DNA of 64,000 nt, from assembly GCA_965248835.1 (NCBI GenBank), contig CBDFLJ010000001.1, positions 1,856,001-1,920,000 of the forward strand, in the 5' to 3' direction. This DNA is from Alphaproteobacteria bacterium. GTDB lineage: Bacteria > Pseudomonadota > Alphaproteobacteria > MPNO01. The notes beneath the pieces are model-generated. The model saw nothing but the letters and a program-made list of their open reading frames with translations, made no database searches and was not told where the DNA came from. The first letter of the stretch is position 1; every line of letters begins with the position of its first letter. The position numbers and the translations under genes are program-made. This document shows, piece by piece, positions 19,465-29,349 of the stretch.

Positions 19465-20881
19465 CGCCGCCTCGCTTGAGCCTGAGCACCGCGCGAAGCC
19501 CCGGATGATTGTCTTCCAGCACCAGCGCGCCGTCGTGGCGCATCGCGATCGCCGCGGCCAGGCTCAATCCGAGCCCCGAGCCGGGCCGGTTGCGCGCCGT
19601 CTCGATGCGATAGAAGCGCTCGAACACGCGGGGTTTCAGCGTCTCCGGGATGCCGGGGCCGCGGTCGGCGACGACGATTTCGACCATGTCGTCCTCGGCG
19701 GCGAAGCCGGCCGAGACGGCGATCTCCCCGCCCTCGGGCGAGAACTTGATGGCGTTGTCGATGAGGTTGGCAACGCACTGGAACAGCAGGTGTCGGTCGC
19801 CCCGGACGGTGAGCCCGCCGGCGGTCCGCAGACCGAGCGTGATCTTCCCGGCATCGGCGACCGGCGCGTAGAGCTCCGAGACATCGGCCAGCAGCGCATC
19901 CAGCGCGAAGGGCTCCATCGGGGTCTCTTCCGCGCCGGCCTCCAGACGTGCGATGCTGAGCAGCGAATTGAAGGTCTTGAGCAGGTCATCGGCCTCGGCG
20001 ATGGTGCGCTCGATCGCCTCGCGGTAGGCCGCGTTGTCGGTCGGCCCGTCGAGCGCCAGTTCCAGCCGGCCGCGCAGCCGGGCGAGCGGGCCGCGCAAAT
20101 CGTGGGCGATGTTGTCGGAGACCTCGCGCACGCCGTCCAGCAGCCGGGCGATGCGGTCGAGCATCGCGTTGAGGTTTTCCGCCAGTCGGTCGAACTCATC
20201 GCCGGTGCCGCGCAGCGGGATGCGGCGGTCGAGCTCGCCGGCCATGATCTCGGTGCTGGCGGCGTTGATCGCATCGATCCGTCGGAGCATCGGCCGGCTG
20301 ACCAGGAGCCCGCCGGCAAGGCTGAGCGCGACGGCCAGCGCCAGCCCCCAGCCGAACGAGCCGCGCACCAGCTGGGCGATCTCCAGGCGCTCGCGGATGT
20401 CCCGGCCGACCAGCAGGTGCAGCCCGCCGCCGAGCGCGAACGTGCGTGCCCGGCCGAGATCGACCGCGCCCCGCGCATCGGCGTACTCCAGCCGAAAGGT
20501 GAGCCAGCCCCGCGCATCGGCTTTCTCCTGCGGCCAGCTCGACAGATTGCCGGCGAGCGGCTGGTAGGCGGCGTCGACCAGCAGGTAAAGCCCCCGGCTC
20601 GCCCGCGCCCGGGCGGTACGCCGGTCGAGCGCCCGCACCAGGCCGATGGTGCCGAACTGGGCGTATTGCTCGGACAGGCCGCGGATCTCGGCCAGGATCG
20701 CTTCATCGGTCTGGCGCGACATGAACCCGGCGGTCGACCAGTAGAGGAAGCCGAACACGACCACGATCGAGACGCTGAACAGGCCGAGATAGACCAGCGC
20801 GACCCGGAAGGTCGAGGTCCGGACCAGCCGTCCGATCGTGCCCGCCAACCGCGGCGGCCTAGCCGGGATCGCGGATGACAT
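19454..20881 (-). CDS. HAMP-domain sensor histidine kinase
   Basis: Two TMs, HAMP, IAHDLRGPL H-box, NLIDNAIKF, DRGPGI, GSGLGL. Confidence 0.95.
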   Translation of the reverse strand: MSSAIPARPPRLAGTIGRLVRTSTFRVALVYLGLFSVSIVVVFGFLYWSTAGFMSRQTDEAILAEIRGLSEQYAQFGTIGLVRALDRRTARARASRGLYLLVDAAYQPLAGNLSSWPQEKADARGWLTFRLEYADARGAVDLGRARTFALGGGLHLLVGRDIRERLEIAQLVRGSFGWGLALAVALSLAGGLLVSRPMLRRIDAINAASTEIMAGELDRRIPLRGTGDEFDRLAENLNAMLDRIARLLDGVREVSDNIAHDLRGPLARLRGRLELALDGPTDNAAYREAIERTIAEADDLLKTFNSLLSIARLEAGAEETPMEPFALDALLADVSELYAPVADAGKITLGLRTAGGLTVRGDRHLLFQCVANLIDNAIKFSPEGGEIAVSAGFAAEDDMVEIVVADRGPGIPETLKPRVFERFYRIETARNRPGSGLGLSLAAAIAMRHDGALVLEDNHPGLRAVLRLKRGGDGR

Positions 20882-21539
20882 AGCCCGCCCCGCGCGCGGT
20901 CTGGATGAGCGACGTCTCGAAGCCCTGGTCGAGCTTGCGGCGCAGGCGCGAGACGTGCACGTCGATGACGTTGGTCTGGGGGTCGAAATGATAGTCCCAG
21001 ACCTGTTCCAGCAGCATCGTGCGGGTCACCACGCGGCCCGCGTTGCGCAGCAGCACTTCGAGCAGCTTGAACTCGCGCGGCTGCAGGTCGATCGCCCGCC
21101 CGGCGCGGCTGACCCGGCGGGCGAGCAGGTCCATCTCCAGGTCGGCTACCTTGAGCACCGTGACCTCGGCCGCCTGTCCGACGCGGCGACGCAACAGGGC
21201 ATCCACGCGGGCGCGCAGCTCGGAGAAGGCGAACGGCTTGACCAGGTAGTCGTCGGCGCCCGCTTCGAGCCCCGCGACCCGGTCGGCGACCTCGCCCTTG
21301 GCGCTCAGGAACAGCACCGGAGTCGCCCGGCCCGCCCGCCGCATTGCCTCGACGATCGCCAGCCCGTCGACCTCGGGCAGCATGCGGTCGATTACCGCGA
21401 CGTCGTAATCGGCGGCCACCGCCTGGACCAGCCCGTCCCGCCCGCCGGTCGCGACATCGACGACGAATCCGCCCTCGGACAGGCCCTTGGCGAGGAACCC
21501 GGCCGTTTCCACGTCGTCTTCGATGATCAATGCGCGCAT
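20859..21539 (-). CDS. OmpR-family response regulator (CusR/CopR-like)
   Basis: IIEDD, IDRMLP, GADDYLVKPF, VWDYHFDPQTNVIDVHVSRLRRK. Confidence 0.95.
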   Translation of the reverse strand: MRALIIEDDVETAGFLAKGLSEGGFVVDVATGGRDGLVQAVAADYDVAVIDRMLPEVDGLAIVEAMRRAGRATPVLFLSAKGEVADRVAGLEAGADDYLVKPFAFSELRARVDALLRRRVGQAAEVTVLKVADLEMDLLARRVSRAGRAIDLQPREFKLLEVLLRNAGRVVTRTMLLEQVWDYHFDPQTNVIDVHVSRLRRKLDQGFETSLIQTARGAGYVIRDPG

Positions 21540-21594
21540 GGTGCCGTCCGCCCCGGCCAGTATGTCGGCGGCCCCGCCCGCCGGGTCAAGTCAG

Positions 21595-21632
21595 CAAAAT
21601 GGAACCGGGGGCCGCGTCGCCGCGGCCCCCGG
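21595..21632 (-). terminator. Probable intrinsic terminator downstream of the DegP-like gene
   Basis: 12-bp perfect stem CCGGGGGCCGCG/CGCGGCCCCCGG with a 4-nt loop, followed by TTCCATTTT on the minus strand. Confidence 0.7.
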
Positions 21633-21654
21633 CCCTCGCAGCCGATCCGGAGGG

Positions 21655-22830
21655 TCACCGCTCGGCGGCCATCTTCTGCGGGCTCGGCATTCTGCCGGTC
21701 TCGATCTCGAACGAGCGGGCCTTGCCGGCGCGGATGACCTCGACCGTCACCGACTTGCCGATGCGGGTGCCGGCGACCAGCCGGGGCAGGTCGCGCAGCC
21801 GCTCCACGGCCGTGCCATCCCAACTTGTGATCACGTCGCCCTGGGCGATGCCGGCTTTGCCGGCCGGGCCGTCGGCGACGACCGAAGCGACCACGGCGCC
21901 GGCGGTGGCCTTCAGCCCCAGGTGCAAGGCCAGGTCCTGCGTGACCGGCTGGATCTGGACGCCGAGCCAGCCGCGCTCGACCTTGCCGTCGACGCGCAGG
22001 TCGGCGATGACCTGCTTGGCCGTATTCGACGGGATCGCGAAGCCGATCCCGACATTGCCGCCGTTGGGTGAGAAGATCGCGGTGTTAACGCCGATCACAT
22101 TACCCTCGGCATCGAAGGCCGGGCCGCCGGAACTGCCCCGGTTGATCGGCGCGTCGATCTGCAGGAAGTCGACCAACGAGCCGCCGGGAAGATCGCGGCC
22201 GCGCGCAGACACGATGCCCGCCGTCACGGTGCCGCCGAGCCCGAAGGGGTTGCCGATGGTCATCACCCAGTCGCCGGCCCGGATGAGGTCGGAATCCCCG
22301 AACTTCACGAAGGGCAGCGTCCGCCCGGCATCGATTTTCAGCAGCGCCAGGTCGGTCCGGGCATCGCCGCCGACCAGCTTGGCGTCGAACGACCCGCCGT
22401 CGTGCAGTCGGACGCGGATCTTGCCGCTTCCGGCGACGACGTGGTTGTTGGTCACCACGTAGCCTGCGGGATCGATGATGAAGCCCGAGCCCGCTTCACG
22501 CCCGTGGCCGCGCGGCGGCATCGGTATCGACGGGTCGAACTCGGGCATCGCGCGGCCGAAGAACCGCTCCATGAAATCGCGGAACGGGGCCTCGGCGAAC
22601 GGAGCGTTCGGCGCGCCGGGCATCGGCATGGAACGCGCGGAGCCGCTGCCGCCTTCGGCGGTGATGTTGACGACCGCCGGGCCGACCTTGGCTGCGATGT
22701 CGGCGAAGGTCGACGGGCTCGGGCGCGCCTGGGCGAGAGAGGCGACGGCGAGCGTCGTGAATACGGCCAGGGCGCCGGGCATCAGGACCCGGTGGACCGC
22801 CCTGCGGTCGATGAGGCTTGCTGTGGACAT
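21655..22830 (-). CDS. Do/HtrA-family serine protease with one PDZ domain
   Basis: Signal peptide, GSGFII, TNNHVV, TDLALLK, GNPFGLGGTVTAGIVSA, INRGSSGG, RGWLGV. Confidence 0.92.
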   Translation of the reverse strand: MSTASLIDRRAVHRVLMPGALAVFTTLAVASLAQARPSPSTFADIAAKVGPAVVNITAEGGSGSARSMPMPGAPNAPFAEAPFRDFMERFFGRAMPEFDPSIPMPPRGHGREAGSGFIIDPAGYVVTNNHVVAGSGKIRVRLHDGGSFDAKLVGGDARTDLALLKIDAGRTLPFVKFGDSDLIRAGDWVMTIGNPFGLGGTVTAGIVSARGRDLPGGSLVDFLQIDAPINRGSSGGPAFDAEGNVIGVNTAIFSPNGGNVGIGFAIPSNTAKQVIADLRVDGKVERGWLGVQIQPVTQDLALHLGLKATAGAVVASVVADGPAGKAGIAQGDVITSWDGTAVERLRDLPRLVAGTRIGKSVTVEVIRAGKARSFEIETGRMPSPQKMAAER

Positions 22831-22984
22831 GACAGAATCTCCTGGTTGATGTCGCATCATGAAATGGTGCGCACACCTGGAGGACGCCTTACCGGCAGAT
22901 GAAGGATCGGTAATGTGGCGCCGGCGCCGGCGCCGGCCCGGCTTGCTCGGACCACGCTCCGGACGGCGCGAGGTCCCCGCGGCG

Positions 22985-24523
22985 TCAATTCACGGTGCCG
23001 CGCCAGCCGATATAGCGGTCCATCCCTATATCGGTTTGCCAGGTGCGGCGCCACGCCTCGACGAGGAAAGGCCGCAGCGTCTCATAGCGGCGTGCGACCG
23101 CGCGCTGGTCCGCGCGCAGGGTGGGCATGACCGCGTCGACCGAAGCGGCCAGCTCCCCGGCATCGATGCTCACAAGCCTGCCGTCCTGGACGACGATCCG
23201 GCCGTCGACCAGCACCGTATCGAGCGCACCGCCGGTCTCGGAATAGACCATCTGGCGGGCCGCGCTGTTGAGCGGGACCAGCGTCGGCCTGTCGAGGTCG
23301 TAGAGGCAGAGATCGGCCCGCATGCCCGGCCTTATCGCACCGACCTCGCCGGCCAGGCCCACCGCGGCAGCGCTGCCCAGCGTCGCCGCACGCAACGCCT
23401 CGGGGGCGGTCGGGGTGTCCAGACCGGGATCGGAGACCGCCGCCAGGCCGCAGAACAGCTTCATCGCCTGGAACATGTTCTGCACGTCGCTGCACGCGCA
23501 GTTGTCGCAGCCGAGCCCGATTTCGACCCCCGCCCGGCGATAGTCCTGGATCGGCGCCACGCCGGACTTCGACTTCATGTTGCCGGCCGGGTTGAGGACG
23601 ACCCGCGCGCCGGCCTCGGCGATGGCCTCGATCTCGGCCGGGCTCATCCAGATGCTGTGGGCCAGCGCGAGCCGCGGGCCGAGCAGGTCCATCGCGCGCA
23701 TATACGCGATCTGCGAGCCGCCGTAGCCGGCCAGGTGGGTTCGCGAGGAGACCACCTCCGGCCGCGATTCGTACATATGGCTCAGCACCGGCAAGCCATG
23801 GGTCCGCGACAGCTCCGCAACGCCCTCCAGCAGCGCCGGCGAGGACATGATCGCGCTGGTCGGGCCGAGCGCCCAGCTAAACCGCTCGCGGTCGTGGCCA
23901 ATGCGGTCGATCTGGCCGGCCACCATGGGGATCGGCGCCGGGCCGTCGGCCAATCCCACCGCCGAGCCGAGATGGCGGTGCAGGTCTTCCGGCACCAGCT
24001 CACGCCAGTGCGGGACGCGGTCGATCGCCGCTCTGTCGCCGATCTGCAGGGAGAAGACCGTCCGGATGCCGATCTCCTCGTAGGCGTCCAGCACCACGTC
24101 GAGCAGTGCCTCGTCGAACGGATACAGCGTCAGCATGTCCTGGACGGTGGTGATCCCCGCCAACAGGCATTCCGCGGCCCCGAGGAGCGTCCTGGCGCGG
24201 ACCTCCTCGGCGCTGCGCCTGGGGTATTGCGGCGGCAGCGCGTTGACGAACCAGATCTGCAACGGCAGCGGCTCGAAGACGCCCTTCAGCAAGGTGTCGT
24301 GGGAGTGGTAGTGGGCGTTGACGAAGCCGGGCACGATCAGGCGCCGGCGGGCATCGATCACCTGATCCGGCGGGGCCTGTCGGGCAAGCGTCGCGGCAAG
24401 GCCCGGCGCGATCCGTGCGATCCTGTCGCCCGCGATCAGGATGTCCCGGGCCGCCGGACGATCGGTATCGCCGTCATGGTCGTAGACCAGCCCGCCTTCG
24501 ATGAGGAGTGTCCGATCGGCCAT
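22985..24523 (-). CDS. Metal-dependent amidohydrolase (deaminase-like)
   Basis: PGFVNAHYH, GITTVQD, SHMYE, LAHSIW, GCD, GMRADL; ATG at 24523. Confidence 0.88.
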   Translation of the reverse strand: MADRTLLIEGGLVYDHDGDTDRPAARDILIAGDRIARIAPGLAATLARQAPPDQVIDARRRLIVPGFVNAHYHSHDTLLKGVFEPLPLQIWFVNALPPQYPRRSAEEVRARTLLGAAECLLAGITTVQDMLTLYPFDEALLDVVLDAYEEIGIRTVFSLQIGDRAAIDRVPHWRELVPEDLHRHLGSAVGLADGPAPIPMVAGQIDRIGHDRERFSWALGPTSAIMSSPALLEGVAELSRTHGLPVLSHMYESRPEVVSSRTHLAGYGGSQIAYMRAMDLLGPRLALAHSIWMSPAEIEAIAEAGARVVLNPAGNMKSKSGVAPIQDYRRAGVEIGLGCDNCACSDVQNMFQAMKLFCGLAAVSDPGLDTPTAPEALRAATLGSAAAVGLAGEVGAIRPGMRADLCLYDLDRPTLVPLNSAARQMVYSETGGALDTVLVDGRIVVQDGRLVSIDAGELAASVDAVMPTLRADQRAVARRYETLRPFLVEAWRRTWQTDIGMDRYIGWRGTVN

Positions 24524-24579
24524 CGCCCGCCCCGGGTTTCCGTTCAGCACCTGTTCCGAACAAGCCGTGCCGGGTCCGC

Positions 24580-25011
24580 TCAGCCGCGGACGATGTATTC
24601 CCGCAGCGCATCGGCCTCGGCGACGATGCCGTCGATGCGGCTCTTGACCACATCGCCGATGCTGACGATCCCGACCAGCGCGCCGTCTTCGATCACCGGC
24701 AGGTGGCGGAACCGGCGGTCGGTCATCAGGGCCATGATCTCGCGGTCGGAGTCGCCGGGCGCACAGGTCACCACCGGGCTTGCCATGCATTCCGACAGCG
24801 TGCAGGCAAGGAACGCGGCCCCCCGTTCGGCGAAGCCGCGCACCACGTCGCGCTCCGACACGATGCCGAGCAGGTTGCGCCCGTCATCGGAGACCACCAG
24901 GGCGCCGATCTGGCGCTCGCTGAGCAGCGCGACCGCCTCGGCCATGGTCATGCCGGGTTTTGCCGTCGTGACCGCGCCGCCCTTGGCGCGGAGAATGCCC
25001 GCGACATCCAT
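24580..25011 (-). CDS. CBS-domain protein
   Basis: IGALVV, GIVSERD, RFRHLPV, GIVSIGDVVK. Confidence 0.92.
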   Translation of the reverse strand: MDVAGILRAKGGAVTTAKPGMTMAEAVALLSERQIGALVVSDDGRNLLGIVSERDVVRGFAERGAAFLACTLSECMASPVVTCAPGDSDREIMALMTDRRFRHLPVIEDGALVGIVSIGDVVKSRIDGIVAEADALREYIVRG

Positions 25012-25020
25012 TCCGGTCTC

Positions 25021-25209
25021 CTAGTCGCCCGAGCCGTCGGCGATCAAGTCCGCATCGTCCCGGGTCCAGCTATGGGTTGCCCCGCAGGATGGACAGACGA
25101 AGGAATGTTCTTCGTCCTGGCCCAGGGCCTCGAGCGCCGACCAGTCGAGGTTGAGACCGGTATAGACCTGCCGTCTGGAGTCGGGGCATGTCACCATCAC
25201 CCGCGCCAT
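25021..25209 (-). CDS. Small Cys/His protein (possible zinc ribbon), 62 aa
   Basis: MARVMVTCPDS...VYTG...CPSCGATHSW; GGAG upstream; abuts the CBS gene. Confidence 0.6.
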   Translation of the reverse strand: MARVMVTCPDSRRQVYTGLNLDWSALEALGQDEEHSFVCPSCGATHSWTRDDADLIADGSGD

Positions 25210-25375
25210 ACCCGAATCTCCACAAGAATCCGTTGTCCTGCCCGCCTCGATTCTGGCCGGATCGAATCCGGCGGTCAAGCATCGGTGCCGACCAGCCCGT
25301 GACACGGCGGGGCGCATGGCGTTCAATGGGCCCGGAGGCCGGTGCGTGTTCCGGACTCGATCGAAAGGCGTGAGG

Positions 25376-26044
25376 ATGGCGGAGCGGATCACCCTTGCGG
25401 CATCGGACGGTCATGAGCTGGAGGCTTGGCATGCCGATGCCGGAGGCGATGCGATCGCCGGGATCGCGGTCCTACAGGCGATCTACGGGCTGACCGCGCA
25501 TCTGGGCGATGTCTGCGATCTCTATGCCCGAAGCGGGATCTCGGCGGTCGCACCGGCGCTCTACGACCGCGCAGGGCGGAACATCGTCTTCGGCTACGAC
25601 GAGGCCGGACGGGCGGCCGGGATGGCCCAGCGCGAGACGCTTTGCCGCCAGACCGTGCTGGCCGATGTCTCCGCGGCGCTCGAGCGGCTGCGGCCGGCGG
25701 GTCCCGTTGCGGTCCAGGGGTTCTGCACCGGCGGGAGCTGGGCCTGGGTGGCGGCGGCCAACCTCGCGCTCGACGCGGCGGTGATCTATTACGGCTCGGA
25801 CGTCTACCAGAGCCGCGCGTTGGTACCGCGCTGCCCGACGATCCTGCATTACGGCGACCGCGATACGATCGTGCCGATCGACCAGGTCGAGGCGATCGCG
25901 GACGGCCATCCCGAGCATCCGCTCCATATCTATCCGGGCGCGGGCCACGCCTTTTTCAACCCGGACCAAGCGAGCTACGACAAGGACGCGGCCGATCTCG
26001 CCCATTCCCGCACGCTCGCCTTCCTGCAAGCCCGGTTCGGCTGA
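25376..26044 (+). CDS. Dienelactone hydrolase family protein
   Basis: APALY, GFCTGG nucleophile, HYGDRD, YPGAGHAF. Confidence 0.9.
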   Translation: MAERITLAASDGHELEAWHADAGGDAIAGIAVLQAIYGLTAHLGDVCDLYARSGISAVAPALYDRAGRNIVFGYDEAGRAAGMAQRETLCRQTVLADVSAALERLRPAGPVAVQGFCTGGSWAWVAAANLALDAAVIYYGSDVYQSRALVPRCPTILHYGDRDTIVPIDQVEAIADGHPEHPLHIYPGAGHAFFNPDQASYDKDAADLAHSRTLAFLQARFG

Positions 26045-26047
26045 GCC

Positions 26048-27028
26048 ATGGAGACGTTCAGGGCACTGCGCATCCACGCTTTCGGCGGGCCGGAGGAGAT
26101 CGTGCTCGAGGACCTGCCCCTGGGCTCTCCGGGCGCGGGCGAGGTGCGGATCGCCCAGAAGGCGATCGCGGTCCATTTCGCCGACACGCTGATGCGGGCC
26201 GGGGCCTATTACGTCAAGCCGGCGCTGCCGGCAACGCTTGGGCTCGAGGCCGCGGGCGTCGTCGAGACGGTCGGGCCCGGGGTGGCGGGCTTCGTTCCCG
26301 GGGACCGCATCGCCTATCCGTTCCTTCCCGGTGCCGCGGTCAGCGCGCGCAACGTCCCGGCGAGCGCGCTGGTGAAGCTTCCCGATTCGGTCGACGAGAA
26401 GACCGCAGCCGCAGGCTTGCTCCGTGGCATGACGGTGCAGTACCTGCTGCGCCGCAGCTACATTGTGGGGCCGGACGATGTGGTGCTGGTGCACGCCGCG
26501 GCCGGCGGGGTGGGCACGCTTTTGTGCCAATGGGCGCGCCACCTGGGAGCAACGGTGATCGGCACGGTTGGCCGGCCCGCCAAGGCGGCGGTTGCCCGCG
26601 CGGCCGGCTGCGCGCACGTGATCGACTACACGGGCGAGGACTTCGCGGCGCGGTGCCTGGAGATCACCGCGGGCGAGGGGGTGAGCGTGGTCTATGACAG
26701 CGTCGGCCAGGCGACCTATGAAGGCAATCTCGCCGCGCTCGCGCCCACCGGCTATTTCATCAACTACGGCCACAGTTCGGGCCGCCTGCCGCCGATCGAT
26801 GCGATGGCGCTCAACGCCAAGTCGATCTTCTTCGCCAAGGTGTCCTATCGCGACTACGCCCGCACGCCCGCGGCGGTGGCGGCGATGGCGGACGAGACCC
26901 TGGACCTGATCGGCTCGGGCGTCATTAAGGTCGGGATCACCGCCACCTACCCCTTCAACCAGGCCGCACAGGCCCACCGCGACATTGCCGCGCGCAAGAC
27001 GACCGGCTGCGTCGTTCTGGTCGTCTGA
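26048..27028 (+). CDS. NADPH:quinone oxidoreductase (zeta-crystallin/MDR family)
   Basis: GGPE, LGLEAAG, HAAAGGVG, VYDSVG, RKTTG. Confidence 0.9.
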   Translation: METFRALRIHAFGGPEEIVLEDLPLGSPGAGEVRIAQKAIAVHFADTLMRAGAYYVKPALPATLGLEAAGVVETVGPGVAGFVPGDRIAYPFLPGAAVSARNVPASALVKLPDSVDEKTAAAGLLRGMTVQYLLRRSYIVGPDDVVLVHAAAGGVGTLLCQWARHLGATVIGTVGRPAKAAVARAAGCAHVIDYTGEDFAARCLEITAGEGVSVVYDSVGQATYEGNLAALAPTGYFINYGHSSGRLPPIDAMALNAKSIFFAKVSYRDYARTPAAVAAMADETLDLIGSGVIKVGITATYPFNQAAQAHRDIAARKTTGCVVLVV

Positions 27029-27032
27029 GCCC

Positions 27033-28457
27033 TTGACCGGGACCGCCGCCGGGGACGGGGACGAGACCGGCTGGCTCGACTTGCTGCGGTCCGGCCGTGC
27101 GGTGTTCACCGGGCTGCTCAACCTCGCGGTCATCCTGCACGGCGTCCATTCGTTCGTCCTGGCGACCGTGATGCCGTCGGTGATCGCCGACATCGGCGGG
27201 GCGGCTTATTACGCCTGGCCGGCGATGGTCTATATGATCGGGACGATCATCGGCGCGGCCGGCGGCTCGCCGGTGCGCGCCGCTTTCGGCCGCCGCCGCG
27301 GATATGTCCTCTCGGGGCTGATCTTCATTGCCGGCAGCGCGATGGGCGCGGTCGCGCCGACCATCGCGGTGCTGCTCGCCGGCCAGATGATCCAGGGCCT
27401 GGGCGGCGGGTTGCTGCTGTCGCAATCGATGGCGCTGGTCCGCGAGCTTTACGAGGGGCCGCTGCGGACCCGGATCCTGGCGCTGATCAACACCGCCTGG
27501 GTGGCCGCGGCCCTGATCGGGCCGGCCGGCGCCGGGTTTTTCGCCGGGATCGACTGGTGGCGCGGCGCGTTCTGGGCGGTGATCCCGTTCGCGCTGCTGG
27601 TCTGCGGGCTGGCCTGGCGCTACGTGCCGGCCTCCGAGACCCCGGCGGCCCGCCCCGGCATTCCGGTGCGCAGGCTGGCGCTTCTCGCCGCCGGCGTGTT
27701 CTGCGTCGGCGGCGCCGGCCAGATCGACGCCATCGCGCCGGGGGTGGCTCTGGTCCTTGCCGCGGGCGTTCTGATTTGGGCCACCCTGCGGCTCGATGCC
27801 GCCGCCGATGCCGACAACGCTCTGTTCCCGACGCGGCCTCTGTCCATGTCGACTCCGGTCGGCGCGACCTATTGGATCTTCATCTCCATCGCGCTGACCC
27901 AGATCGCGCCCAGCATTTTCCTGCCGCTGCTGCTCGGCGGGCTGCACGACGTGGCGATGCTCTGGGTCGGCTACTACAACATGCTGATGTCCTGCGCCTG
28001 GTCGGTCGGCTCGATCGCGGTGGCCCATATCACCAGCCGGTCGGGGACGCGGCTTGCGATGGTCGTGGGATCCCTGCTGTCGCTGGTGGGCCTTGCCGGG
28101 ATTGCTGTCGGCATCGGCCAGGCGGGCCTGGTCTGGCATGGCGCGATGACCGTTCTGGTCGGGCTCGGGATCGGCATCGTCAACGTGCTGGCGATCACCT
28201 GGATCATGGCGATCCCGGCAAGCGGGGAGGAGACGCTGACCGCCTCTGCGATCCCGGCGCTGCGCTCGCTCGGGCTCGCCTTCGGCGCCGCCGCGGTGGG
28301 GTTGATCGCCAACGCCGGCGGGCTCGGCGATGCGAGCGATCCGGAGGCGATCGCGGGAGCGCTGAGATGGGTTTTCGGGCTGTGCGCGCTGGCGCCTGCG
28401 GCGGGGCTGGTGATGGTCTACCGGACCTTCGCGCTGGCTGGCCGGTCCGCGGCGTGA
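27033..28457 (+). CDS. MFS transporter (14-TM type)
   Basis: Many TMs, ATVMPSVIADIGG, FGRRRG, QGLGGG; start (TTG 27033) uncertain. Confidence 0.85.
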   Translation: MTGTAAGDGDETGWLDLLRSGRAVFTGLLNLAVILHGVHSFVLATVMPSVIADIGGAAYYAWPAMVYMIGTIIGAAGGSPVRAAFGRRRGYVLSGLIFIAGSAMGAVAPTIAVLLAGQMIQGLGGGLLLSQSMALVRELYEGPLRTRILALINTAWVAAALIGPAGAGFFAGIDWWRGAFWAVIPFALLVCGLAWRYVPASETPAARPGIPVRRLALLAAGVFCVGGAGQIDAIAPGVALVLAAGVLIWATLRLDAAADADNALFPTRPLSMSTPVGATYWIFISIALTQIAPSIFLPLLLGGLHDVAMLWVGYYNMLMSCAWSVGSIAVAHITSRSGTRLAMVVGSLLSLVGLAGIAVGIGQAGLVWHGAMTVLVGLGIGIVNVLAITWIMAIPASGEETLTASAIPALRSLGLAFGAAAVGLIANAGGLGDASDPEAIAGALRWVFGLCALAPAAGLVMVYRTFALAGRSAA

Positions 28458-28464
28458 GGCCGGA

Positions 28465-29343
28465 TCAGCGGATCACCTTTCCGCCCCGGCGCTCCTCGCG
28501 CCAGGTGTTGTAATAGGCCGCACCGAAGATCACCGCCGCGCCGGCGAGCGTGGACGTCCGCACCGGCTCGGCGAACAGCATGATGCCGGCGGCGACCGAC
28601 ATCGGCAGGCGCAGGAAATCGAACGGCACGACGAAGCTCGCATCGGCCGAGGCCATCGAGCGCGTCACGCAGTAATGGGTGGTATAGCCGGTGATCCCCA
28701 GCCCGATGATCAGCGGCAGGTCGCCCCACTGCGGGGTCTGCCAGACGAACAGCGCCGGGACCGCCGAGAAGACCAGGATGAAGACGCTCATGTAGAACAC
28801 CACCGCGTTGGCCGATTCGGTGGTCGCCAGCCGCTTGGTGGTCACGAACGAGGCCGAGTAGAGGAATGCCGCGAGCAGCACGACGAACGGCCCGAACCCG
28901 GACGTGATCTGATCGGGCCGCAGGATGATCACCGTACCGGCGAACCCGGCGACAACGACCAGGGCGCGGCCGGCATCGACCTTTTCGCGCAGGATGATCA
29001 CGGCCATCGCCACGGTGAAGATCGGCATCGTGAACTGGAGCGCGGACAACTCGGCCAGGGTGACCATGGTCACCGCATAGAACCAGGCCAGGTTGCCGCC
29101 GTATTGCAGTGCGTTCCTGAGCCCGTGCAGGCCGAGGCGCCCGGTCCTGACGCCGGCCAAGCCGGTCCGCGCGATCCACGGCACCATCAGGCACAGATTG
29201 ACCACGTTGCGCAGAAAGATCAGTTCGAGCACGTTGTAGGTCGGTGTCAGGAACCGGATGAGCAGCGCCATCGCGACCAGCGACGCCGCCGCGCCGATCA
29301 TCCACAGCGCGCCCTGGACCGGTTTCGAGATCCCCGCGGGCAA
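28465..29343 (-). CDS. DMT/EamA family transporter
   Basis: 10 TMs, FLRN, FTMPIF, LREKV, GFAGTVIILRP, PFDFLRL. Confidence 0.9.
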   Translation of the reverse strand: MPAGISKPVQGALWMIGAAASLVAMALLIRFLTPTYNVLELIFLRNVVNLCLMVPWIARTGLAGVRTGRLGLHGLRNALQYGGNLAWFYAVTMVTLAELSALQFTMPIFTVAMAVIILREKVDAGRALVVVAGFAGTVIILRPDQITSGFGPFVVLLAAFLYSASFVTTKRLATTESANAVVFYMSVFILVFSAVPALFVWQTPQWGDLPLIIGLGITGYTTHYCVTRSMASADASFVVPFDFLRLPMSVAAGIMLFAEPVRTSTLAGAAVIFGAAYYNTWREERRGGKVIR

Positions 29344-29349
29344 GTCGGC

